DNA of 7,142 bases from a virus (lineage: Duplodnaviria > Heunggongvirae > Uroviricota > Caudoviricetes), in IMG/VR virus record IMGVR_UViG_2740892219_000009, positions 1-7,142 of that record. One strand, given 5' to 3'. Numbering within the stretch: the first letter of the stretch is position 1; every line of letters begins with the position of its first letter. A program made the translations under genes and the position numbers. The notes under the pieces were generated by a model that made no database searches, was not told the origin of the DNA, and was given only the letters and a program-made list of their open reading frames with translations. Shown piece by piece: positions 1 to 5,904 of the stretch.

Positions 1-11
1 CGGTGGGTTAC
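1..11. repeat. 3' half of a hairpin (cggtgggttac) identical to the 3' arm of the lipoprotein terminator at 3983..4004; cut by the window edge
   Basis: The 11-mer cggtgggttac at 1..11 is identical to 3994..4004, where it forms the loop end and 3' arm of the hairpin gtaacccac-ttcg-gtgggttac. The 5' arm of the copy at the window edge would lie outside the window. Confidence 0.4.
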
Positions 12-47
12 CCCCAAACGAATCGGAAAATCGATACTGGAAAAACT

Positions 48-179
48 CTAACTCGGTGGCCAGTTTTTGTTGACCACTTCATAGCCGTGGTTACGTGTCG
101 GTTGTCGCCCATTATCCGTTCCTTCTGACCACGCCAACATATCGAGGAAGGCTTTACGCTGAGGATTAAGATTTTGCAT
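48..179 (-). pseudogene. N-terminal fragment of a lambda R-type endolysin (lytic transglycosylase), 43 codons then an in-frame TAG
   Basis: Translating the minus strand from ATG at 179..177 gives MQNLNPQRKAFLDMLAWSEGTDNGRQPTRNHGYEVVNKNWPPS*. The first ~35 residues match the conserved N-terminus of lambda R endolysin (NQRKAFLDMLAWSEGTDNGRQ.TRNHGY, including the catalytic-Glu motif WSEGT). Similarity is lost right after NHGYEV and a stop follows at 50..48. The start overlaps the holin 3' end by 14 nt and has a GGGGTG Shine-Dalgarno. Too short for the ORF track. Confidence 0.55.
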
Positions 180-471
180 TTTTCACCCCTGTCAGTCGTT
201 CCCAGAAGTACGTCAGTGCAACCGAACCCATCGCACCACTAATCCCCGCTGTCGCGAGAATCATGTAAATACTGAATCCACTTTCGATGCTGATCAGGCC
301 ACCAATAACACCGGTGAATCCTGATACCACTATTTGAGCCAGAGCATTTATCCAACTCCACGTTGCTTTACTCTGCTTCACATCTATCAGGTAGCGGACC
401 AGACCGCCCCAACCTGCGATGATCAGCAAAACGAGCCAGAACGCTCCGGCAAGGCTCTCTTTTTCGTGCAT
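166..471 (-). CDS. Holin, about 101 aa with three predicted transmembrane segments
   Basis: Track ORF 166..585 (-); the likely real start is the ATG at 471 (MHEKESLAGAFWLVLLIIAGW...). Three hydrophobic stretches (AGAFWLVLLIIAGWGGLV, WINALAQIVVSGFTGVIGGLI, FSIYMILATAGISGAMGSVAL) are followed by a charged C-tail. It sits immediately upstream of and overlaps the R-type endolysin start, downstream of the Q candidate and late promoter. The start has no obvious Shine-Dalgarno, so the exact start is uncertain. Confidence 0.7.
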   Translation of the reverse strand: MHEKESLAGAFWLVLLIIAGWGGLVRYLIDVKQSKATWSWINALAQIVVSGFTGVIGGLISIESGFSIYMILATAGISGAMGSVALTYFWERLTGVKNAKS

Positions 472-782
472 ATGAATAGCCAATGTTTCGCCGCCGACAA
501 AAGGCCGGGACGTTAAATGACAGAAAGTTTGTTCACGAGGTAATTTAACGACAAAGCACGAGGTTAAAACTCCCTCAAAGACCAAAGATAAAAAAGGTCT
601 ACGCTGTTGGTTTCAGAGTTAGTTGCAATATTTCCTGATTATCCTAAGCTGAGTTCTGACTCACCAATTCAGGATGTATTTCAAAGAAGGATGATTAGTT
701 AGATTAATTAAAAAATCTATAAGGGCTCATGAAGAAAGCTAGAAAAAAATCAAATTAACGAACCAAAGCATTGGAAAAACAA

Positions 783-1094
783 ATGAAAGCAATTCAAATA
801 ACTTTAATATTATTACTGTGCAGCACAATCACTGCATGCTTTGCCTCCGATTCTGAAGGAAAATATGTTCAAGGTGACTGCATCACGGCTAACGACTCAA
901 GTTACACTTGGTTTGGTGAGGTGGCAAAAGTAGAAGCCTACACATATATCACTGGTTTTGCCGGTCCAAAGTACATCCTTTACTTCCCTTATTACAAAGC
1001 TGACTCTGTAGTTTTTGAACCTGAAATCGAAAATCACACGATTAAGGTTCCCTCCCGTTACTGTCAAAATATTAATAACGCTTTATCAAGATAA
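783..1094 (+). CDS. Small secreted protein or lipoprotein of unknown function (about 103 aa) in the Q-holin gap; AT-rich moron candidate
   Basis: Track ORF 771..1094 (+) begins at a TTG; the ATG at 783 gives MKAIQITLILLLCSTITACFAS..., a typical signal peptide with a possible lipobox ITA-C or an AXA-type cleavage site. The mature part has two Cys. The gene is visibly AT-rich compared with its neighbours and lies on the strand opposite to late transcription. No family recognised. Confidence 0.55.
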   Translation: MKAIQITLILLLCSTITACFASDSEGKYVQGDCITANDSSYTWFGEVAKVEAYTYITGFAGPKYILYFPYYKADSVVFEPEIENHTIKVPSRYCQNINNALSR

Positions 1095-1155
1095 GAAAGA
1101 ACCAAAACCACGATTATTAGATTTGTGCTCAAATTCACAATTATTGTGTACTATC

Positions 1156-1192
1156 TTCAAAGAATAAGCCCAAGGCTTTAAACCTCGGGCTT
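1156..1192 (-). terminator. Intrinsic terminator candidate on the minus strand (tR'-like), about 50 nt downstream of the candidate late promoter
   Basis: Minus-strand RNA would form a 10-bp stem AAGCCCGAGG / CCUUGGGCUU (one G-U pair) with a 7-nt loop UUUAAAG, followed by AUUCUUUGAA. On the plus strand the same dyad has an A-C mismatch and a weaker U-tail, so it may also act weakly for the plus-strand moron gene. Confidence 0.45.
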
Positions 1193-1247
1193 GAATTTGG
1201 ATTACTACCAGTGCGTACAACATTGGCAAAATATCAGATTTACATGA

Positions 1248-1276
1248 AATATATGCTTTTTAATCCAGTTTTGCAA
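1248..1276 (-). promoter_or_regulatory. Candidate sigma70 late promoter (PR'-like): -35 TTGCAA, 17-bp spacer, -10 TATATT
   Basis: Read on the minus strand: TTGCAA (1276..1271), a 17-nt spacer, then TATATT (1253..1248). Both hexamers are 5/6 to consensus with optimal spacing. The -10 lies 7 nt past the Q-candidate stop codon and the predicted start site (about 1241) is upstream of the hairpin at 1192..1156. This matches the lambdoid arrangement Q - PR'/qut - tR' - lysis genes. Confidence 0.4.
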
Positions 1277-1949
1277 TATCTTGCTGTGAAAATGTCGCCT
1301 TTTGTTTTGAACGTGTTCTCGTTACCAGCAATAAAGCTTCGCTATCAAGCTGTAGAAAAATGCGCTTCATTGCAACCCAGCGTTCAGTGAATGTCTCAGA
1401 CCAGTTTTTTGATGTCACTCCCACCAGTGATGCCAGCTCCTGGTATTCATAGGTCTCACGCCCTGCCAGTTCGCTCTTCACATCCTGTGCTGCCAGCCAG
1501 ATTAACGTCTTCAGGCGATCCAGTGTTTTACCTGCAATTTTTCTGGTACCCAACAGAGCCTTAAACTCGCTCCATGCCCACTGCGTTATGGCAACCTGAT
1601 GCTCCCAGCGAATATTTTCACTGTAACTCCACAGCAACCATGCTTTCTGATGTTCATCGAGAGACAAAATCGCACGCCGCCATGAAGAGGTTGAAAACTC
1701 GACCGAACTGACCAAGGCGACAGATGAACCTTTTGCGTACGACTGTTTACCGGAAATCGGCGGATTATCCAGCGTAATCATCTTGCCAGTTACCTCATCC
1801 AGAATGCGCGGCTTCTTTCGTTTATATGTACCAGTATCAAATTGTGCATGCTCCAGCCAGGCTTCAAGCTGGCCTTTCGTTGCTCCGCTCAAATCAGCGG
1901 TAGCCACCATGAGTTGCTCGCGGACATACTGTAAATATTGGATATTCAT
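1260..1949 (-). CDS. Putative late-gene antiterminator in the Q position (229 aa; not the lambda zinc-finger Q type)
   Basis: Track ORF with ATG at 1949 preceded by AAGGAG at 7-nt spacing; its start overlaps the ylcG-like stop (ATGA). It sits between rusA/ylcG and the late promoter and holin, exactly where lambdoid phages carry Q. The protein contains no cysteine, so it is not a lambda-type Q; assignment is positional. Confidence 0.5.
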   Translation of the reverse strand: MNIQYLQYVREQLMVATADLSGATKGQLEAWLEHAQFDTGTYKRKKPRILDEVTGKMITLDNPPISGKQSYAKGSSVALVSSVEFSTSSWRRAILSLDEHQKAWLLWSYSENIRWEHQVAITQWAWSEFKALLGTRKIAGKTLDRLKTLIWLAAQDVKSELAGRETYEYQELASLVGVTSKNWSETFTERWVAMKRIFLQLDSEALLLVTRTRSKQKATFSQQDIAKLD

Positions 1950-2086
1950 GCGGCAGCTCCTTTCAGCGTTTTGGCGTAATTCTTCAGTATCCGGTAATCG
2001 GTCAAAACAGAACCGGGAAAACTATATAAGCGCAGACACACCCAGCGGCGGCGAAGACGTTCTGCCATATAAGACTCAAACATCAT
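1946..2086 (-). CDS. ylcG: YlcG-like small protein (46 aa) between rusA and the Q candidate
   Basis: Hand-translated from the minus strand: [46 protein letters not shown]. The start overlaps the rusA stop (ATGATG over TGA) and the stop overlaps the Q ATG. Size and position match the small ylcG ORF of DLP12-type prophages as I recall it. Too short for the ORF track. Confidence 0.5.
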   Translation of the reverse strand: MMFESYMAERLRRRWVCLRLYSFPGSVLTDYRILKNYAKTLKGAAA

Positions 2087-2445
2087 TCATCTCCCAGTTC
2101 AGTGATGGTCAGCTCCAGCTTCCCACCTTTGGTAACGGGCATCTTCACAACGCGGTAATCAACGACCTGAGCATCATCCAGCCAGAAACCTGCTTTGGTG
2201 AGAGCGTCAAAAGCGGCTTTTTGCAGATTATCCAGGTCACGGCGACGGCGATCCGGCATGTGGCACTCAATGCGGATTTTCACAGGAATAGCCAGGCCGA
2301 TATCCAGCATTGCGTTTTTAATGATTTGGGCGACGTTATCGCGGTATGCCTGCCCCTCTGCGCTGATATGCGTGCGTCCGCGATTATGGCGGTAATAGCG
2401 ATTATTGCTCGGCGGCCAGGGTAGTGTGATGCAGTAAGTATTCAC
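2083..2445 (-). CDS. rusA: RusA Holliday-junction resolvase (120 aa, GTG start)
   Basis: Track ORF 2083..2508 (-) is over-extended upstream; the GTG at 2445 overlaps the ybcO stop (GTGA). The sequence [24 protein letters not shown]...[38 protein letters not shown] is near-identical, from recall, to E. coli RusA, including the acidic catalytic cluster. Confidence 0.9.
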   Translation of the reverse strand: MNTYCITLPWPPSNNRYYRHNRGRTHISAEGQAYRDNVAQIIKNAMLDIGLAIPVKIRIECHMPDRRRRDLDNLQKAAFDALTKAGFWLDDAQVVDYRVVKMPVTKGGKLELTITELGDE

Positions 2446-2732
2446 GCCTTGATTACCCCTTCTTTCAGCCAGATAACCAGTGTTCTCGCCATACCTTCCA
2501 GCGCACATTCTTTTGCATATCCAGCGTCAACAAAATGCGTGCGACGGTCGATTTCGTCGTGGCAGGCAGAACATGCAATGGTGGCAATCAGGTCTGGCGG
2601 TTTGGTACCGGTGCCGCACAATCCAGTCAGCCGGATATGTGCCAGTACAGACGTTTCAGGGTTGCCATTACATACGCCAGGGATTCTTACCTGGCATTCC
2701 CGACTACGCGCTGCTTTTCTCAAATCAGCCAT
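2442..2732 (-). CDS. ybcO: YbcO-family (DUF1364) putative zinc-binding nuclease (96 aa)
   Basis: The start at the internal ATG ([24 protein letters not shown]...) is preceded by AAGGAGG at 5-nt spacing inside the ninE 3' end. A four-Cys pattern (C-x7-C ... C-x2-C) is present. Track ORF 2442..2771 is an upstream extension. The position between ninE and rusA matches the DLP12 order. Confidence 0.8.
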   Translation of the reverse strand: MADLRKAARSRECQVRIPGVCNGNPETSVLAHIRLTGLCGTGTKPPDLIATIACSACHDEIDRRTHFVDAGYAKECALEGMARTLVIWLKEGVIKA

Positions 2733-2895
2733 GATTCCTCCTTGCTGCCAGTCGCAACCATTTTTTATCAACCAGGCTGGCGGTATATCCGAGCAGTGTT
2801 GGTATTTCGGAAGGCTTCAGCTCCGGTTTACGCTTACGACGATTTGGTACTCTGTAGATGTGTCCGCTCATGACACGAATAAGTGGTGTAGCCAT
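2725..2895 (-). CDS. ninE: NinE-like protein (56 aa)
   Basis: Hand-translated from the minus strand: [56 protein letters not shown]. The ATG at 2895 overlaps the ninB stop (TAATG) and is preceded by AGGAGG; the stop overlaps the ybcO start (ATGGCTGA). Too short for the ORF track. Confidence 0.7.
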   Translation of the reverse strand: MATPLIRVMSGHIYRVPNRRKRKPELKPSEIPTLLGYTASLVDKKWLRLAARRNHG

Positions 2896-3350
2896 TACGC
2901 CTCCTGCTTGTCGCGCAGCAGCTGGAACTCGCAGCTCTGCGGAATAGTCAGGTGACAGCCAATATTCATCGCCCAGGCTTCAACCTTACACAGGAAGACA
3001 TACATCTCTCCGGTATCAAGATCGGAGGTATGGCGTAACGACTGGATCGTAGTAATTTCACCGGTTACGACATCAACCAGGTCTTTGGTTTCATAACCGA
3101 GGTATGTGTGTTTGAGTGCATCTTTTACCCATACTGCAGTAGCGAACGTTTTACCCCTGCTGATGAGGTACTCACTGATTTCGCTGTACCACATGTGGCT
3201 GAGTGCATTCTGGGAAAGACTGCGTCTCTCGCGCCACGGCTTAAGCACCATGCGAAAGCATTTACCGTCCTCCAGATAAGGCTGGATCTGCTGACCGATA
3301 GCGGTGAAGTTACCGCGATGCAGTTTGATGCCATCTTGTGGGAGGTTCAC
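2895..3350 (-). CDS. ybcN: NinB/Orf-family recombination protein (YbcN-like, 151 aa, GTG start)
   Basis: Track ORF; GTG start at 3350 with a GGAGGT Shine-Dalgarno 5 nt upstream. The motif [23 protein letters not shown] resembles the lambda NinB core (RNRSLDQNRKLW...). It is the first gene of the overlapping nin chain. Confidence 0.8.
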
Positions 3351-3555
3351 GCTTCACCTCCGCAGAGGTCAAACGCTAGATGCAAAGAATTGCAGGTGCA
3401 TTTCTGCATCTGTGAAGGGAGAAGAGAGTTTGGATTGTATGTGCGCATAAACGTCCCCGTTTAGCGCAACCCCACCGCCGGGTGTTCAGGCCGACAGCAG
3501 AAGAATTTTCTCTTATTGATAATTGAAAATCAAAAGAATTTTATCGGTAAATGAT

Positions 3556-3584
3556 GTGATCAGATAAGAACCACATGATAGAAT
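3556..3584 (+). promoter_or_regulatory. Candidate promoter for the lipoprotein gene: extended -10 TGaTAGAAT with a weak -35 GTGATC
   Basis: TAGAAT at 3579..3584 is preceded by TG at 3576..3577; a weak -35 (3/6) lies 17 bp upstream. It sits about 37 nt before the ribosome-binding site AAGGA and the ATG at 3621. Confidence 0.3.
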
Positions 3585-3620
3585 CCGCCGGATTTTTTAG
3601 TGTAACAAAAGGAAAAAATA

Positions 3621-3977
3621 ATGAAAAAAATGTTGGCTGTCGCATTGGCAACCCTTTTGCTGACCGGATGTACCGTTCGTGTAGCAGACCTTACTGTAGC
3701 CAGTACAAAAAACTATAATTTAAATGGTGGTAAATTTTACAAAGGAAAACGCGTAACTGCAGAAGATAGCTATCCTGTTATCATCTTCCCAACAGGTATT
3801 CCCAATGTAAAAACTGCTGCCGATCGTGCAATCGAGCAAGACCGTTGCGCTGTGGGTCTGACTGACGTTGTTGTAACACAACTTAACCAATCATTCCTGG
3901 TTGGTAAAATTGGTTTACGTGTTGAAGGGAATCTCATTATTGACCGCAGCCTTCCTGGATGCGAAAACGCAGGATGA
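3621..3977 (+). CDS. Lipoprotein (118 aa), probably a divergent Bor/Iss-family member
   Basis: The N-terminus MKKMLAVALATLLLTGC has a canonical lipobox (LTGC) and is nearly the same as the lambda Bor signal peptide. The mature region shows patchy Bor-like similarity by eye (KTAADRAI..., VVTQLNQSFLVGKIGL versus Bor VKTETQQTFVNGLLGF). It is divergent from ninB and followed by a strong terminator. Confidence 0.65.
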   Translation: MKKMLAVALATLLLTGCTVRVADLTVASTKNYNLNGGKFYKGKRVTAEDSYPVIIFPTGIPNVKTAADRAIEQDRCAVGLTDVVVTQLNQSFLVGKIGLRVEGNLIIDRSLPGCENAG

Positions 3978-3982
3978 TGATA

Positions 3983-4010
3983 GTAACCCACTTCGGTGGG
4001 TTACTTTTTA
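3983..4010 (+). terminator. Rho-independent terminator of the lipoprotein gene: 9-bp stem, UUCG tetraloop, U-tract
   Basis: gtaacccac (3983..3991), ttcg (3992..3995), gtgggttac (3996..4004), then ttttta, starting 6 nt after the TGA stop. It is unidirectional; the minus-strand side has no U-tract. Confidence 0.75.
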
Positions 4011-4111
4011 TCTAAATCATATGTGCAGCCAACAAACAATATACAATTTACTCTAAATAGCTGTGGCAGCATTCTCTAACTTAATATTTATTCCGAAACA
4101 GAGTTAATTAT

Positions 4112-5638
4112 TTAAAAATAAACTTCCCCATCAATCATATACCTGAGAGTACTTATCGCCTGTTGGGCAGATATTATTTTCATCAAAGGATAGTGTTTAA
4201 AAACAATACCATTCATAAAATAGATATCACATGTTTTGTTATCTGTGTTTATTATAATTTTTTCGAATGTTTTATAAGCAAGTGTACGACATAATTCCCG
4301 CCCATTTTTACTGGTTAAATCAATGTCATGGAAATCACCAAGTGTACTTACACCTTTACTCTTCAAAGTTTTTAATGATATAGAAACCCTTCGCAATTCT
4401 TTATCTAATACTCTAATTTTTTCTGCTATAGCGGTAACTTCAGGTGCAACAGATAATGCAACAATTAAATTATTAATTTTCATCTGAAGTTCAATAACTT
4501 TCAATTCCAGAGTTTCATTAACATCTTTCTTATTTTCAACTGGTTGGATTTTACTACAATTAAAAAGCAATTCATTAACTATATTATAGTCAACCAAATC
4601 TCTTCTTATTGATGGCCTGTTACATCGATGCAATCTTCTCATCGGGCAAACATAATAGCCGTGCAAGCTTCCTGATACTGCATTAACAATCATAGTATTA
4701 CCACAAGCGCCGCACTTCATAACTGTTCGCAGTAGATTTATCAACATAGGATTCTTGCTACTATTGCTAATACCAAAAGGTGCCAGCCGAATTTCCTGCA
4801 CAGAGTAAAACAAATCATCTGATATCACTCTGGGATAATAGTCAGCGATTTCAATTATTCCCTTCCCTCTTGCACGATATGAAGGTACGCATATACCTAT
4901 CAGCGCTTTATTAGCTAATAATTTTTCAATTACAGAAGGCCCCCATGCACTTTCTTTTCCTGAGAAATTCTTTATAGCATGATCATTTAAATACTTAGCA
5001 ATTGCATTCAAAGAGCGTCTTTCCATCCTTAGTTTAAAAATCAGCTCAATCGTTTTCACCCTGTCAGGGTCTAAGACAAACGACGTTCTTTTTTCATCTA
5101 ATGAAAGCCATCTCGGGCAAGATGCCGTCATAATCGTACCTGACTCCATTGCATCTTGTCTTTTTTTCTTCCATGATAATTTAACTCGGCTTGACTTTAT
5201 CTCGCTTTCTTCATTGGCTCTTTGAGCTATAAGTATTGCTTTTATTAATGAATATGGTTCATTTAAAGAATCAATATTATAAGTTGTATTATCGCACAGA
5301 GTTATAACATCAATACCATGATTTAAAATCAGTTTCAGGCGTTCAATCGCCTCACCGACTTTTTCTCTTGAAAGTCTGTCCAGACTTTCAACTAGCAATG
5401 TAGTTCCTGGCAATATACAGCCATGCTCTATGGCATCTAAAAATTCCGAAAAAGCTCCTGACTGTGCATGCTTTCCATTGAATGCGCTTAACCCCAAATC
5501 TTCATACGTTACGGTATCAAGGTAATAATCACTATTTACCTTTAGCCATTCAGTAATAAGCCTTCTCTGACGGTTTAATGAATCACCAGACATCTGGCTT
5601 GGTGATGAAAATCGCATATATGCTATGGCTTTTTTCAT
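4112..5638 (-). CDS. Large serine recombinase (508 aa; resolvase-type catalytic domain, recombinase domain, Cys-rich zinc ribbon)
   Basis: The N-terminus MKKAIAYMRFSSPSQ...GDSLNRQ...LLVESLDRLSR carries the serine-recombinase catalytic motifs. The C-terminal half has the zinc-ribbon pattern KCGACGN...YYVCPMRRLHRC and a coiled-coil-like region. ATG at 5638 has an AGGTG Shine-Dalgarno. The gene is visibly AT-rich (roughly one-third GC by eye, against over half in the nin module). Size and context recall the DLP12 putative recombinase ybcK, but identity is unverified. Confidence 0.85.
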   Translation of the reverse strand: MKKAIAYMRFSSPSQMSGDSLNRQRRLITEWLKVNSDYYLDTVTYEDLGLSAFNGKHAQSGAFSEFLDAIEHGCILPGTTLLVESLDRLSREKVGEAIERLKLILNHGIDVITLCDNTTYNIDSLNEPYSLIKAILIAQRANEESEIKSSRVKLSWKKKRQDAMESGTIMTASCPRWLSLDEKRTSFVLDPDRVKTIELIFKLRMERRSLNAIAKYLNDHAIKNFSGKESAWGPSVIEKLLANKALIGICVPSYRARGKGIIEIADYYPRVISDDLFYSVQEIRLAPFGISNSSKNPMLINLLRTVMKCGACGNTMIVNAVSGSLHGYYVCPMRRLHRCNRPSIRRDLVDYNIVNELLFNCSKIQPVENKKDVNETLELKVIELQMKINNLIVALSVAPEVTAIAEKIRVLDKELRRVSISLKTLKSKGVSTLGDFHDIDLTSKNGRELCRTLAYKTFEKIIINTDNKTCDIYFMNGIVFKHYPLMKIISAQQAISTLRYMIDGEVYF

Positions 5639-5904
5639 GTTGACACCTGCTAATGCATACTTTTATAAACCTTAGCGGCGAGTTATAATTTTGTTTAATT
5701 TTTATTTAAAAAGACAATCGAGATCACATTTTCTTAAATATACAACAAATACCCCATAGCAATTTGCTGCCACATAAATTCACAGACACAAAAGAATATA
5801 GTGTATAAGCAGCCTAAAAACATTTATCAACAGTATAAAAAGAAGTTCGTTATCAGTGAATTGTTCTGTGATTGGGGATTATTGAACTTCTCGATCGAGA
5901 ATAT

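Noticed and set aside
334-516. 60-aa plus-strand ORF overlapping the holin
   Set aside because: Antisense to the 3-TM holin gene, with no ribosome-binding site and no recognisable features.
472-585. N-terminal extension of the holin ORF (track start at a TTG at 585)
   Set aside because: The extension (VFEGVLTSCFVVKLPREQTF...) precedes the first ATG and the first transmembrane segment and starts at a non-ATG codon. A start at ATG 471 gives a typical holin of about 100 aa. The extension is probably untranslated leader.
771-782. TTG-initiated extension (MEKQ) of the moron ORF
   Set aside because: The ATG at 783 gives a canonical signal peptide beginning MKAIQ; the four extra residues come from an alternative start codon with no better ribosome-binding site.
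1201-1229. Second promoter-like pair on the minus strand (TTGCCA, 17-bp spacer, AGTAAT)
   Set aside because: Its predicted start would fall at the terminator stem itself, so it is not a coherent transcription unit. The upstream TTGCAA/TATATT pair is the better late-promoter candidate.
2195-2395. 66-aa plus-strand ORF inside rusA
   Set aside because: Antisense to rusA, Arg-rich junk translation, no start context.
1783-2424. 213-aa plus-strand ORF across the ylcG/rusA region
   Set aside because: It lies antisense to the well-supported RusA and YlcG-like genes and overlaps the Q start. The product has no recognisable domain and there is no convincing ribosome-binding site. It is a shadow ORF of a GC-rich coding region.
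2449-2955. Plus-strand ORFs 2449..2955, 2480..2734 and 2535..2873
   Set aside because: All three overlap one another in different frames and are antisense to ybcO, ninE and ninB, whose products have clear family signatures. The products are low-complexity and Cys/Arg-rich, typical of antisense frames.
3108-3464. Plus-strand ORF 3108..3464 and minus-strand ORF 3125..3334 inside ninB
   Set aside because: Both lie in alternative frames or antisense within the ninB coding region; the true gene is the 151-aa NinB-family ORF.
3770-3991. 73-aa minus-strand ORF inside the lipoprotein gene
   Set aside because: Antisense to the lipoprotein gene, which has a lipobox, a ribosome-binding site and a terminator. 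It would run into the terminator hairpin and has no start context.
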